From NCBI RefSeq assembly GCF_009914755.1, contig NC_060937.1: a DNA stretch of 64,000 bases; one strand, written 5' to 3'. A model generated the notes under the pieces. The model saw nothing but the letters and a program-made list of their open reading frames with translations, did no database searches and was not told the DNA's origin. The DNA comes from the human T2T-CHM13v2.0 reference genome, Homo sapiens. Position numbers and translations under genes: made by a program. Positions 28,283-42,221 of the stretch are shown one piece after another; position 1 is the stretch's first letter, and each line of letters begins with the position of its first letter.

Positions 28283-31130
28283 TTTATCATTATGGAATGT
28301 CTTTGTTTGTTAATTGGAATGTTTAATCCATTTACATTTAATTTAACTATTGATGTAATTGGATTTGGGTCTACTTTTTTTCTATTTCTTTTCCATTTGT
28401 CCCACCTTTTAAACTTTATTTCTCCTTTCTAGCTTTCATTTGGGTTAATTGATTTTTTTTCATAATTCCACTTGAATTCCTCTATTAGCCTTTTAATTGT
28501 ACCTGTTTCTGTTTTTAAGTGGGTTCTATAGGGATTATAATGTGCATTCTTAATTTATCACAGTCTACTTTGATTTAATATTATACCACTTTAATGTAAG
28601 AACTTTGTAACTGTATATTTCTATTTCCCCACTCCTCATTATTTTATTTCTTGTTATCATGACTCTTAGATCTACAAACATTATAAAACTATAGAAGTGT
28701 GCTATAGAAGTAGTATTGTAACTTTTACTTTAAATAGGCAAATATTTTATCATAATAAAATAATTAAGAGAAGAAGTGGCATAACACATCCTTTTAATAT
28801 TTGCCACTTTCAGTATTCTTCATTTCTTCCAATACACATGAATTTCCTCCTGGTATCATTTCTTTCAGTCTGAAGATCTTGTAGCTTTCTTAGAGTTCAA
28901 ATCTGCCTATAACAAATTCTCCCAATTTTTGTTTACTGAAAAAATGCCTTCATTTTGTCTTTACTTTTAAAGAATATTTTCATCGGTGGATATAGAATTT
29001 TAGGTTGCCATTTTTTTCTCTTTAAAAATGTTTTTCTATTGTCTTCTGGCCACCATCATTTTAGGTGACAATTTAGTTATTTATTTGTAATGTTGTCCCC
29101 TGTATACAGTGTGTTTTCCCTTGATCCTCTGGCAGCTTTTCAAGATTTTCTATTTCTTTTTGAGTCTTCAGCCATTTAACTATGATGTGTCTGGGAATGA
29201 TTTTCTTTTCATTAATTCTACTTGAGCTTCAGTGAATTTGTAAAATATGTAAATTTATGTTTTTCACCAAATCTGGGTGTATTTTGACCATAATATTTTT
29301 TCAAATTTTTTTCTGTCCAATTTTGTCTCTCCTCTTCTAGTAGAACTGTAATTATTCCTCCAAATGAATTCCAATGTTAGACGTTTTAACATTATTGCAC
29401 AGGTCACCCTGACTCCATTAAATTTAAAAAGTTAGTTTCACTTTCTGTTCCTCAGGTTGAAAAAGTTCTACTGATCTATCCTCAAGTTCACTGATTCTTT
29501 TCCCTACTGTCTCCAATTTGCTGTTCAGCCCACCTAATGAATACTTTACTGCAGAATATTATGTTTTCAGTTCTAAAAACTCTATTTGAATTTTTAATAG
29601 TTTCCATTTCTCTCTTGAGATTGTCCACATTTGCTCATTCATTATGACCATGTTTTTCTTTAAGTCCTCAAACATTTTTAACAGCTATTTTAAAGTACCA
29701 TCTGCTAATTTTGACATCTTGTTCATCTTGGAGGTGGTTTCCACTGACTGACTTTTTTCTTAGTTATGAGTCACACTTTCCTTTTCTTTTCACATGTCTA
29801 GTAATTTTTGGTAATATGTTGGATAATGCTAATGACATGTGGTATGGTGTTTGCATTATGCTGTATTGGTTACAGGGTAGTGAGTTTTTATCAGCAGGCA
29901 CTTCATTTACTGACAATCCTTTTATTTTTTAGTCCTGTCAGACTTTTTTGATGGTAGGTAGGTCACTTTTGGTTTGAATTTATTCTTAGGGCATACCCCT
30001 TAGCCTGGTATATGCTTTTTATTCCTATGGCATGGTGTTTCTTGAGTGACAATTTAATACATGAAATGCTCAGTGACATCTCTCTACTCTGGCTGGAATG
30101 AACTCTAATATCTTCCAGTGTTGCATAACTTGGGGTATCCTCAGCCTAAAGCACATGATCTTTGTTTGGTCTCATGAAGTCTTATCTTGTGCATGTTTAT
30201 GTCAGACCTAGCCAAGCGCCCATATGAATCCTCATGCAGAATTCTGGAACCAACTTTCTATAGCTCTCTCTTCTCAAGTTCTTTCACAAATTCTAGCTGC
30301 TTCAGCAGCCCAGAACTCTAATCTTTGCCTCCTCAGGTCAATAATATCACTGCTGTGCTTAGGTCCCATCTTTATGATCTGTGGCAAGAAAGTGCCTAGG
30401 AAAAAAACTTGGGCAATTATGGGACTCATCTTGTGGTTTTCCTTTTCTGAAGGATCACGGTGCTTCACTGCTTGTTTTTCAGTGCATGAAAACATATTGC
30501 TGCATTTTGCTAGGGGTAGAGTTTTCTTCAGCGGAAGGACAGGTGCAGTGCTAGTTACTGTGTCATAATTGGTAGTGGTAATCAGAGTATATTCACTTTT
30601 TTAAAAAAAATCATGTTTACTGAGGTATAATTTATAAATAGCAAAACTTACCTCTAAACTGCATAGCTCAATAAGTATCTGTAGTTATGTAGCCAGCACC
30701 ACAAACAAGGTACAAGTACAGAAAATTTCCATTTCCCCCCAAAAGTTTCTTTGTATCCTTTCTCCCACCTCCTGCCTCTGGCAAACACTGATGTAATTTC
30801 TGTTCCTTTAGTTTTCATCCTTGAGTATTAGTCCATTGTCAGAATGTATCAAAATTTATTTATCGATTCACCAGTTTATGGACCTTAGATTATTTCTAGA
30901 TTTTGGCTTTTATGAATACATCTTCTATAAATATCTACATATAGGTCTTTGCGAACCTAGGTTCTCATTTCTTTTAGGTGAAGATGTAGGAGTGAGATTT
31001 CTGGGTTGAATGATAGGTATGTTTAACTTTATAAGAAACTTGGCAAATTATTTTCCAAAGTGGCCATAACATTTTGTATCCCCATTAACAATGTATGAAA
31101 GTTCTAATTGCTGCACACATCCAGTAGCAT
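28283..31130 (-). mobile_element. Ancient L1M fragments (T-rich on + strand)
   Basis: Typical antisense L1M phrases (AATCCATTTACATTTAAT, TATAGAATTTTAGGTTG, GTTTAACTTTATAAGAAAC, TTTTCCAAAGTGG). Confidence 0.7.
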
Positions 31131-31419
31131 TTTGCCATAAATTATGATAATCAAACTGAATTCAATATATGAGGGATCATATATTTGCTTAAAACTAATA
31201 TGAACTCTTTTGTTCTTCACTTATTTGAAATCACTTGTAATCATTTGGTTTTATTGTTATTGCCACATGCAGAGAAGGGCTGCCTTGTTTTTTCTGACCA
31301 AAAAAAAAATACAGTGAAACTAACTTCCCCATGTGTAAATTAAGGTTAAAATTAATAATTCAACTAATAATCTGAATAGTTCCCTGATGTAGGTAATACT
31401 TTTAAACTATCAAATAAAA

Positions 31420-32530
31420 CAACCTTAATTAAATATTAAATACCAAATAACATCAAAGATTTAAAATTTAAAAATAAAACCATCAAAGTACTAGAAGAAA
31501 TGATAGACAAATTTATTTGTAACCTTAAGGTAGAGAAGGTCCTTCTAATCACAATTCCAATTTAGTATCCATAACACTACCCCTATATATGCATTAAATT
31601 TGACATTAGCAACAACCGCAACAGCAGAAACAACATTTCTGCATAAGAGAAAAACACAATAAGTAAAATAAAAAAGGAAAAAATGGAAAAAGATAATAAA
31701 CTCATACCATAAATTAAAATTTAACTTCCCTTAGAAATAAAGAGCTCCTAGACATCAAGCAGAAAAAGATCTAGCAATCACCACATAGAAAAATGGCACA
31801 ACAACATGGACCTTCACAGGAAAATGAATGCAAGTGAGCCTTCAAGGTATGAAAATATGCTCAACTTCACTTATCATAAGAAATACAAATTAAAACCGCA
31901 TTGAGATACCATTTTCTACCTATTAGACAAAATTTGGAAAGTTGACAATACACTCTTGGCAAGGCCATGGAGAAGCAAATTCTTTCACACACTGTTGGTG
32001 GGAGCACAAAGTAGAAACAAACACCGTGGAAATCAAATTATGATATTTGTCAAAATTAAAAATACATTAATATTTGGACCCAGTACTTGTGGAATTTTTC
32101 TTACAGATATGACTTCAAATGTATTAAATATTATACCTCCAAGGTTATTCATAGCAACATTGTGTATAACACCAAAACAAGAAAAATAACCTGAATATCT
32201 GTCAATAAAGCCCCATTTAAATGTACTAAGGTACATTACAAAATGGGATTCTATACAGCCTTACATAAGAATGAGGTAGTTCTGTATATAGAAATATGGA
32301 TCAATCTCTAGTTTAAAAAATGTAAGGTATAAATCAAGTATAGATGTATGCAGTATGCTACTTTTTATATATAAAATGGAAATAAAAGTAGGTATTTGTG
32401 TTAATGGATACTGGAAGGATACACAAAATCTAATAAAAAGGGCTACCTATAAACATACTATAGAGAATGGACATGAGGGAAGAGAAGGCAATAAGATTCC
32501 CAATTTTATTCGTTTGATTTTTGAAACTTA
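31420..32530 (+). mobile_element. Ancient L1ME-like fragment (ORF2 end / 3' UTR)
   Basis: ATGCTCAACTTCACT...CAAATTAAAACC...GAGATACCATTTT; A-rich on + strand. Confidence 0.75.
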
Positions 32531-34047
32531 TAATGTTTTTTAAAAGTTCTGCTCATTCATAGCTGAATTAAAGACTATGGCTAAAGAAAAATGTGGCCTT
32601 GTGCTGATAAGAATATGTGCCACAGAGCTGTCCATTTGATTTTCTACTTTAGATGAAAATGAACATTTTATCATACCCATTATCTTTTTGTCTTTAATTT
32701 AAAATAACTATTCTTTGTAGTCCAGCTTTTTATTCTCTCAGAAGAAAATAAGTGATCAATTCAGGAAATGGATGCTACCAACTATTAAAGAAGGACATAT
32801 ATTTACTTTTAGCTATGATCTTTTGTCAACTTCTAAGTCTTTTATTTCCTTGACTCTTGAAACTTTTGTGAATGAATTGTTCTCCCAAATGTCAGGTTAG
32901 CAAGAGTATATAAGTACTGAGAAATATGTATTTTCTGATAAATAATTGACAAACGAACTGTTTGTGTGCATAGACCATTTACTCCTCTCAGCCCTGCATC
33001 TGGCATTGTGAGCCCACGTTATAATAGAGCCTTGTATAAGAGAAATATGCAAAATGAGCAAAGTCTGGCTAAGCATGGGCATGAAAGGAAAGACCTGGGT
33101 CACCAGCTAGAAACATTAAATGAGGGGAAAAAAAGATGTCCACATCATCAATAAAATACCTAAGAATAAGCTGCATCATAAAGTTGAGAAATCAGTAAAA
33201 GGAAAAATATAAAACACAAAACATTACTGAAGCTATTCTCCTGGGAAGAAAGACAGATAATTAAAAAATGTAAATTCCTTCTAAATTGATTTACAAGTTT
33301 CGTGTAATCCTCATCAAAATTCCAAGGGTATTTTTGCAGAAATTGGCAAAATGAGTCAAGATTCTTCTGGAAGAATAAGAATTGAAAATTTACCACCATT
33401 AAAAAAAGCCAAAAACAAAAATGCAAAATGAAATATAATTGATAGCTAGGTACTAGGACAAATAGGCAAATGTAGTAATACATAATTGACGGTCCACGTG
33501 ATGCATAGAGGGTGTTTAGTGTACAGTTCTTTCAGTTGTTTTTGATATTTGCAAATTCTCAAAATGAAACAGGAAAAAAGTCTGCCACAGCTCCCTATTC
33601 TTGTTACATCAAGTTGAAATGCCTCTGCCTGGCCTTTAAAGAAAGATTATAGTTGTGCTACACCTGTCCAACCTTATTTTCTGCTGCTCCCTATCAGGCC
33701 CTCTGCTGTAACCAAGCTATTTCCCTCATTATCCCTCCCTCCTGCTATGCTCAGTTTCTCTTCACACTTTTGATCTTATTGTTTCTCCTGCCTAAGGTGC
33801 CCTCAAATTCCCTCCTCACCCATGCCACTCTTGCTAGTCCACACTGACTTCCTATTATACTCATAATTTCATGGAAACTCGATAGATCCTGCCTCACATT
33901 GTTCACTCTGGTCTACTAGTCTGGTATCACATAATTGTGAACCTGTTCTGATGCTTCTTTGTGTCACTCAGCATGTAGCATAATATTGAGCAGGAGATGA
34001 TCAATAATTTCTAGTTGGCTGATTAATTATTAATAACAATTGTTATC

Positions 34048-34750
34048 TGTTTGTCATCCAAAGTACCACCAGGATGGCTATAAAGTAGAAAGGAGAGTTT
34101 TATTGGTGATATCAGTTTGAAAACTGGGAACAGACAGTCCCTGGTGTGAGAAGATGCTCTCTCTCAGAGAAGGAAGGAAGAGGTTGCTTTTACTTCCCAC
34201 GAGTGTGTGTTACACAATAGAATCATACATACTCAGTAGGTTTGGGGAAAATCTGTACATATTTACAAGGGGAGTCAAGTGCATGCACAATGGGTAAACA
34301 TATGTAACATACAGTCCATGTTCACCTTGGGGCAAGGTTTTAGTATTAAAATGAGGTGGAATTTGGCTCTTTACATCAAAAGATGTACTAGAGGATACAA
34401 AAACAACTTGTGTGTAGTCTCTATAAGCTGGCTGTGACTGGCTTGGGGTTTGCAGTTGCTTATCAGGAAATGGTGTTTCTAAGGCCAGTCCTCTGTCCAA
34501 TCAGAGTTGCAGTGTTCTGGGTTGTGAATCAGAGGTAAGGAGGATCTGACATTTTGCCTGATAGCTCCTATTGTTAGGGAGTTTAGCAAGAGTGTTTTTG
34601 TTTTGTTTTGTTTTGGCAGTTGTAGGAATTTAGGAAGTTGCATGCTGGCTGAGTCCTGAACCTTCGGCTTGTAGATTAACTTTTGTTTCTTAAAGCTTAG
34701 GGTCCATTTTAGTTGATAAAGGGGCATCTATTTTGGTCTCTCAGATCATA
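34048..34750 (-). mobile_element. ERV1-class solo LTR (MER4 group, subfamily unresolved)
   Basis: Minus strand begins TATGATCTGAGAGACCAAAATAGATGCCCC; AATAAA near its 3' end (34099-34104). Confidence 0.7.
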
Positions 34751-35118
34751 AACGCAATCATTGAATGAATCTGTTTCTTTTATACTGCGTAGTAGCACAG
34801 TGCCTGCTGTGGTATGGTGTCTGCCCCATGGAAGATTTTCAGTAACTTTTGGATAAAATTGTTTTTGCTCTCTCTGCCTTTTCTCTATTTGAATACCAGG
34901 TTGTCTACACATTATGTCTACTGAATAGACCAGGTTTCCAGTTGCCATATACTACACAGAAATAAACAAACAAGCCACACATTCACTAGGAACTTTGTGA
35001 AAGTTCAAAGTTGGAAGCACTTTTCCCACTTGTGTCTAGAAGTGATGCTTGCCTGTGGCTACTCTGAAATGAAGTTTGGATTTTGTATTAGTTTTCTATT
35101 GCTAATGTAACAAATTTT

Positions 35119-36185
35119 TGATGGCAGTGGCTGCTGCCATCATGCTGGCTGCAGCAGGGAAGCACGGCTGGGGCTGCACACTCCATGGAGCCAGTGGGAG
35201 CCCTGCCCCTTCTGAGTTGGAACGGGAGCTCTCCGTCCTGCTGCGGCCTCTCAAACCACAGCTGCAGACCCAGGCCTCCTGCTCTACAGAGCAAGCAGGA
35301 GCCCTGCCCAGGAGGGCATGGCTGCAGCCGCCCAGGAGCCCTGTCCCTTCTGAGTTGGGAGGGCGGGTGCGCATGGGTGCAGCTGCCACTGCCCTCCCAG
35401 GCGCAGGACCCGGGCATCTCTGCAGCCTGCACCCTCGGGGGCCCCAGGAAGGACCCACCCCCTCAGTCCTTGCAGGCTCGGGGGTGTCTGCTCCCACTGC
35501 CTGGCCTCTCTTCACTCCTGCCTGCTCTGATCTCAGAGCAGGGTTGGGGCCAGACCCCGGGGCCATGAATGGCTGTGGGAGGCAGACAGAGAACTGGGTG
35601 GAAGGGGGCAGATCCCCAGTGAGGCCCCACCTTCAGGCCAGGGAGGGCGGAAGATTGCTGTCCTGGCTGCAAGTCTCTGCAGGACTGGAGTTGGGTCTCA
35701 TGGTACCTCTTCTGGGCTGCCTGTGAGGTCCATAAAAGCCCTGGGCCCAGCCAGAGCAGGGCAGAGGATGGGCAGATAACTAAGAGAGCAGAGGATGGAG
35801 AGATGAGGAAGATGACCAGCAGCTGCAGGGAGGAGTATCCTCTCCACTGAGAGCTGCAGATAATGGGAGGACCAGAGAGGAGCTACCCTCTCTGCTGAGA
35901 GCTTCAGAGACCTGCAGATACATTGGAATGACTTGCCTGAGGAGAAGAGCCACCCTCTCCAGGGCCTCCCCTCTTCTAAGAGCTGAACATTTGACTGGAT
36001 GACCTGCCTACAGAGAAGAGCTACCCACTGCTCTGAACTGTTCTAACACTAAATAAAACTCTTCTTCTTCAGCCTTCACTTGTCTGCATACCTCATTCTT
36101 CCAGGACGTAGGACAAGAACTTGGGCAAAGGTGCTGTGGTCATGGATCCAGCCAGAAAAACTGACACCCCAGTGATCCCATAACA
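35119..36185 (+). mobile_element. MER52-family GC-rich solo LTR nested in an MLT1 LTR (35084-36335)
   Basis: TGATGGCAG...CCCATAACA ends; CATAAAA at 35731, AATAAA at 36052; MLT1 text is continuous across the insertion (GTAACAAATT | CACAACTTAGTGGCTTAAAACAAC). Confidence 0.85.
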
Positions 36186-36689
36186 TCACAACTTAGTGGC
36201 TTAAAACAACACAAATGTATTATTTTACAGTTCCAGAGGTTAGACATCTGAAATGAGTCCTTTAGGCTAAAATCAAGGTGCTGGAGGAGCTCCATTCATT
36301 CTGGAGGGCCTGAAGTGGACACTTACGTTTCACATTCTGGAAGAGTTGGGAAGCCAAGTGTGGCTGGTCACAGCTCAGGGAGTTACAGAAGAAGAGCTCA
36401 GAGAGATGAGGGCTGGGCAGGTTATGTAGGAATTTCTCAGGCATTTATTCTGCATGAGATGGGGAGCCATTGGAGGCTTTTGCGCAGAAGATTGTTTTTT
36501 TAAGGGTCCCTCTGGCTGTTGTGATGTGAACAGATTTTCTGGGTGGGGTAAGAACAAAAGCCAGGGGACCAGGAAGGGAGCTACTTAGTCATTTATGTGA
36601 GAGTTGATGGTGGTTTTGGTGTGGGGTGATGGATATATTTTGAAGACTGAGCCAACACGACTTCCTGATGGAGAAGATATCAAATGTAT

Positions 36690-36800
36690 CGAGAGAGACA
36701 GACACACAGGCAGAGAAATGAGAGAGAGAGAGAGAAAAGAGAGGAGAAGAGAAAAGAGAAGACAAGAGAAGAGAACAGGAGAGAGAACCTAAAAGAGAAA
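36690..36800 (+). repeat. GA-rich low-complexity tract following an antisense L2 fragment (about 36380-36690)
   Basis: (GA)n and GAGAA runs. Confidence 0.85.
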
Positions 36801-37971
36801 AACAATTGAATTCTTTCTTTGAACTCCTGGAGTGAAGGAAGGAGTATGGAGGATGGAGTGACTTACATCATACTGTTGATGAGAAGTAGAAGAGACTGAA
36901 CAGCTGTAAAAGGGACCCTCCCATTTGGCTGTGAGCTGTTGTATATTTGAATAGTTTACAATGACAATATGTTTTTTATGTTATTTGTATATCTTCTGAA
37001 AAAGTTACAGGCAAGACTGACGACTTTTGCAAAGGACACATTTTGCTTCATTTAGGCAATGTGTGCAGTTTTAACATGAGCTTTGTCAGAGATGTGGATT
37101 AATTCAGACAAATATTTAGTATCTACAATTAGCAAGGAGAATGCCATGTGCCATGGAACCATCTGATAAATATAGGATTATAAAGAAAAATGCAATGAAG
37201 AATGAAACAATTAAATTTATTATTGACTCAGGAGATTGAGATGTAAATGTAACTGAAGTTAATAGATTACAATTATCTTTGATCATTGTGCATTTTTTAG
37301 AAGGAAGAAAAGTTTACTGATTGAAATGAAAATAGTGATCAAACCATATAAAGTGCTTGAAGAGAGAGAGGTACGGGCTGCTATTTTTTTCTCCAGCAGT
37401 CCAATAATGCTGTATTATTTGGTGAACTCAGTATAGACTTCAACATTTTTCACATTGATGTGGGAGTAGAACTAATTAGGCTGAATGTGTTTCTATAGAT
37501 TCTTTTTCTTAGGATATCAAGCCTTTCATTGCACTAGTCTTTTCTAGTATTGAATACAATTTTTGAAACTTCACATATGTAAAAATAAACTGAATGCCTT
37601 TTTGAAATTAAGATTTTGCTAAGTCTGTGAGCACATGCATACAAAAATGCCTTAGGGTTGTTTAGAGGACTAAATGGAATAATTTTAAGAAAGAGCTTTG
37701 TAAGCTTTAAAGTGCTACACCAACAGGAGGCATTATTGTTTTTATCCTTGCTCATCTAGTTTTGAAGAGGTTTGAGAGGTTCGGACAAGTGGATTTTCTG
37801 GATAGGTGTAAAGTACCCATTTGAGTACTATTTTTTAAAAAAATAATAATTTGAATGGGCACATTCCTACTGTGTAGTCTAAACACCCATTGAATGTTCT
37901 TGAATCTTGTGGCTCCTTTATTCTTTCTCATTCTTGGGTAGTGAAAGTCAGTGTCTTCACTTTATTTTTCA

Positions 37972-38348
37972 TAGATCCACAATCCCCTATCCAAGACTCT
38001 TGGGGCTAGATATGTTTGTGAATTCAGATTTTTCTGATTGTAGGAAGGTAATCTGAACCCCAAACCATGTGTTCCTCATAACATCCCCAGCAAGATCTTG
38101 AACATCTCCCAGGAATCATATACTTTCGAATTTCTGAAGAGAAACATAAATAATTACATCAAGTAGGGTAATTAAAATTATGCTCATTCTCTTGTCAGCT
38201 CAGGGTAGGTTTTGTCAAAATTACTTTAGGTCAGGTCAGGTTTTGCTACCAAATCAGTTAGTAATTTTTTTTTAGTTTTCAGAACTTTTTGGCTTTGGAG
38301 TTGAGGATAAAGGATTTTTGGAATTGAGGATAAAAGATTGTGTGCCTG
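37972..38348. mobile_element. Tigger-type MITE (MER46C-like)
   Basis: TIRs TAGATCCACAATCCCCTATCC / GGATAAAAGATTGTGTGCCTG; related fragment at about 2050-2210. Confidence 0.65.
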
Positions 38349-38946
38349 TTGTATACTAGTTTCCAGAGGGCATCACACAACAGTTCTCCCATCTCCAATT
38401 CATCCTTTATATTACCAAACAATTTCAACATTGTTGTATTCTCTACTCCTGCTCCCATTGCTTTAGAAAAGGCCCTGGCCTGTAAATTTGCAACTGTTGA
38501 CACCTTCACCATCAATTCCTTTACCTTTACAGTATGCTTTCCATGGCCCTAGTGATCAAAGGTACAAATCTGATTACAGTTTTTTTTTTTTTACTATTTT
38601 GTTTAATGGCTTATATTGACCACAGGAGAGATTCCTAACATGAAAGTTTGCAATTTAGGGTTGTCTTTGATCTAGCCCCTACCTGTACAGCTCTACCTTA
38701 TCTTCCGCTGTTGCCTTCTGTCTCTTCTTCACTCTCGATGTAAGACTTTAGGTTCACTGAATGTCCTCACTTTTTCAGCCTCTGGACTTACCTATTGCTT
38801 AATGCTTTTTCCCTCATGTCAGCTTAATGAATTTGTATTTGTTGTTCATGATACTACTCCAAGATCTCTTCACCTACAAGAGATTCTCAGACCTGTTGAG
38901 GTAGAATTTATCATTCTCTTTTGTTCTTTTTTTGGGTTACCTATGT

Positions 38947-38950
<4 letters not shown>

Positions 38951-39003
<53 letters not shown>

Positions 39004-39093
39004 CCACACATACACACATATATATGTATATGTATATATACACACACATATATGCATGTGTATATATATACACATATATACACACACATATAT
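38951..39093 (+). repeat. Compound (TA)15(CA)11 plus mixed purine-pyrimidine microsatellite within an L2 remnant
   Basis: Counted directly; L2 3' end (GAGGGCAGGGACC...GAAGGAATGAAT) follows at 39190-39300. Confidence 0.95.
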
Positions 39094-39326
39094 AAATTTG
39101 TGCCTGTGTAGTGTAGCATTGATCACACTTCTGCAGATTTGCACTTTTGCAGATTTTATTTACCTGTTTGTATTTCCAACTAGGCTATGGGCTTCCTGAG
39201 GGCAGGGACCATGACTTTGCCATTGCTATCTCTGTAATTCTCAGCATTCTGCTCAGTACCTGGGTGTATTTTAAATTAACATTAGTTGAAGGAATGAATA
39301 ACTGGGGTGCAATTCTACCTTTAGGT

Positions 39327-39495
39327 CCATGCTTCCTGAAAAGTGGTCCAAGGACTAACTGTTGCAGAAACACTAGGGTCTTATAAAAAAAAAACTTCAA
39401 ATTCCTGAGGCCAATTCTAGATAGAATCCAAATAGAATCTCTGGGAAGGGGGCGCTGGAATCTGCATTTTAAACCAATTCTCCAGAGATTCCAAA
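39327..39495. mobile_element. MER5-like hAT-Charlie MITE
   Basis: AGAATCTCTGGG...GGAATCTGCATTTTAAAC. Confidence 0.7.
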
Positions 39496-40889
39496 GATGG
39501 AGAATTGTAGCTTTGGGGACCTTTGAAGAATGTGAGACTTGTTGCCAAAAATTAAACTGTTAGGCCTAAGGTGCTTTTCTTTCACTCCCCTACCCTACTT
39601 TGTAGTTTTACTGGCTACACCTTGATTATGGTGGTCACTTACCTCAGCTGTTCTTTATTTCCTGTTTCCTCTCCATTTTCCAATCTTATTTTCTAATTTA
39701 TTTTGCAATGACAAACAATACAACAGTAATTAATAGCACTTCATCCCCCTATCCTCACAACAACTCCAGGGCACATGGGACTTCAAGTTTGTAAGTTGCA
39801 GGCAACATACTGTTGCTTATTACATCCATAGGCTCTGCTTCTACTAACGTCCTTGAACCTTGGAGCAGAGCCTATGGAGGTATTAAGGACAGACTTGAGT
39901 CTATGGGTCTTGATGAAAACTGCTTTGGCTACTCAGAAGCTCTTTTCACTCATATCTCTATATAGCTCTCTTCTGGAAGGCTAAGATTGCTTGATAGCTG
40001 ATGCCCAGACAGTGTCAGCCAGTGGTATAAAACTTTCCGCTTAGAAGGGGATTATTCTGCCCAGGGATGGCTTAACTGGGATGGAATGCAGCCTCCTTCT
40101 GCTCAAGCAGACAGGACTGATAATCTATTATATCATCAAAGGACAGATTTGAAAAGGAAATATAACTTCTTCATTCTTCGTTTTTATTACTACTCTAAAT
40201 AATGACCCTGAAAAATTGTTTTTCCAAATGAAATAAGTTTGAGCCTGATTTCCCTTTTCTCTCCAAATGTTAGTGGAAGGTCCCGTTGTGGTCACTGTTG
40301 CCAGGGGCCTCACCCCCTTACTTTACAAAAATCTGAAGGTTGTAGTCCAGAAGCCTTGAGGTGCTCATGTGGTAGGAGGCTGGGAGGCTCACTGCTTCTG
40401 TGTCAGGCTCAGGCCTGGAGCTCTTTTGCCAGGGTGTCCCATTTTCTGTTCTCTGCCGTTCACTGACAGCCTGGTAGAGGCCTTGCAAACCTTCAGGGTC
40501 CCAGAATGGGGAGAGTGCAGTGCTTTCTCACTTGTCAAAGTTCCTTCCTTGTACTTTTCCTAGTTTCAGGATGACCTTGGGGTGCGGCAATCACCCCCAA
40601 CTTCTGTTAAAGCAATAGCCTCCATATCCTTCTGATATGACACAACCCCAGAAGGACTGAAAGACCTGTTTACCTGGCCCCTTGTGGGAAGGAGCCCATA
40701 GACCTTTAGAAACAGGTCCAGGCAGCAAAAGGGGAGACCTCCCCTTTTACACCCATGCTTGCCAAAGGGCCCAAAACAGTGATTGATTTTTTTTTAAGTT
40801 AAACTTGCTTCTTTATTGCAGGAATTCCCAGAAGTTTTATCTTAAAATATATTGTGAATCTTCTAGAAAGTTACAAAATACATTTCCTA

Positions 40890-41150
40890 TTTTTTCTAGT
40901 TTTATTGAGATATAATTGACAAATAAAAATTTTATGTATTCAAGACGTACGATGAGATGATTTGCTATACATATATATTGTGTAATGATTACCACAGTCG
41001 AATTAGTTAACCCACTAGTCACCACACATAGTTACTGTGTATGTGTGTGTCGGGGGTGGTGAGGACACTTAAGATCTACTCTCTAAGCAGTAGTGACATC
41101 TGCATAGAGAGTAGATATAAGTGAGATCATACAGCGTTTGTCTTTGTGGA
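40890..41150 (-). mobile_element. L1MA/MB 3' end fragment
   Basis: TTTTATTGAGATATAATTGAC...TTAAGATCTACTCT. Confidence 0.8.
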
Positions 41151-42221
41151 TTGTGTTTTCCTTTGATAATCCACCTTATTATAAGAACACCAAGGCAGAA
41201 ACGAGATGGGGATAGATTCATTTGAGAACCTTGCCAGACCTCACGTTGTAGTTTTGCTTCAGGCATGTTAGCTCTAGAGGTCTCTTTGTCCTCATTTTGG
41301 CCCTGCTTTCTGTTGGTTATAGTCAGGAAGGCCCCACTGAGAGGCAGTTACTTCTTTTTCCTCTAGCTAGTCATGTTAATAACCATCACATATTAAGTTC
41401 TATTATAGGTCAGACCATTCGAGAAGCTCTTCATAAACTACTTCTAATTCTTACAACTCCACAAGACATTATTATCTCCATTTAGCAGATGTACCTCATA
41501 GAGTTTAAGTAATTTTCTTACATAGCCAGTACATTAAATAGAGAATTTGAAGTAATGTCTATGTAACTCCTAAGGCCATGCTCTTTCAAATATTCTTCTA
41601 AATCTTTTAGAATTAGATTGAAAATACAACCTCACATAATGTCCTTTCTGTGAACTTTGTCTTTGTAACATTCTCTAAAAGTAAAGTACCCAAGCTCTAT
41701 TGCGTAGATTTTTTCTTATTGTTGCAAACCTAAGGGATATGAAATAACTAATTCTCATTGTACTACAAGGGAAAATATTTTATTCCTTTATTTTTATTAA
41801 TGTCCAATTCCCTCATTTATTCTTAGAGTTTTGGTTTGTAGAGAATTAAATCCATGGTCTTCTCGGGCATAATCTGGCCACCCTCCAGGGGGCTGCAGGT
41901 ACAGGAGTCATCCTATGTTTTTCTTCTCATGGTTATGAATTATAACATTGGTGGATCCGAGAGTTGTAGGACTCTGTTGCCCCAGTGATACAAATGTTTC
42001 AGCTACTAAATGATTTTCTCCTCCACTGGGGCTTGGCAGATTTTTCTAAATTGTTAAATTTTCATTAGATTATAATGTGGCTGTTTTAATCATGGTGCAC
42101 TGTGATTGCTTGTTGAGGTCATCAAATCACAATTCCCAGGGCAAGCCCTGGAAAAGCATCATTGAGATTGGTTCACCTCCCATCCATTGTTTTCCCAGGG
42201 TTTCAGATTCAAGCTTCTACA

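Noticed and set aside
35088-35726. Overlapping 114-202 aa ORFs on both strands
   Set aside because: All lie in the GC-rich MER52 LTR, where stop codons are rare; no recognisable domain or splice structure.
38802-39199. YI/HT/CV-repeat ORFs
   Set aside because: Translations of dinucleotide microsatellites.
39441-39457. CTCF-like AGGGGGCGCTG in a MER5 element
   Set aside because: The 5' half of the motif (CCA) is missing.
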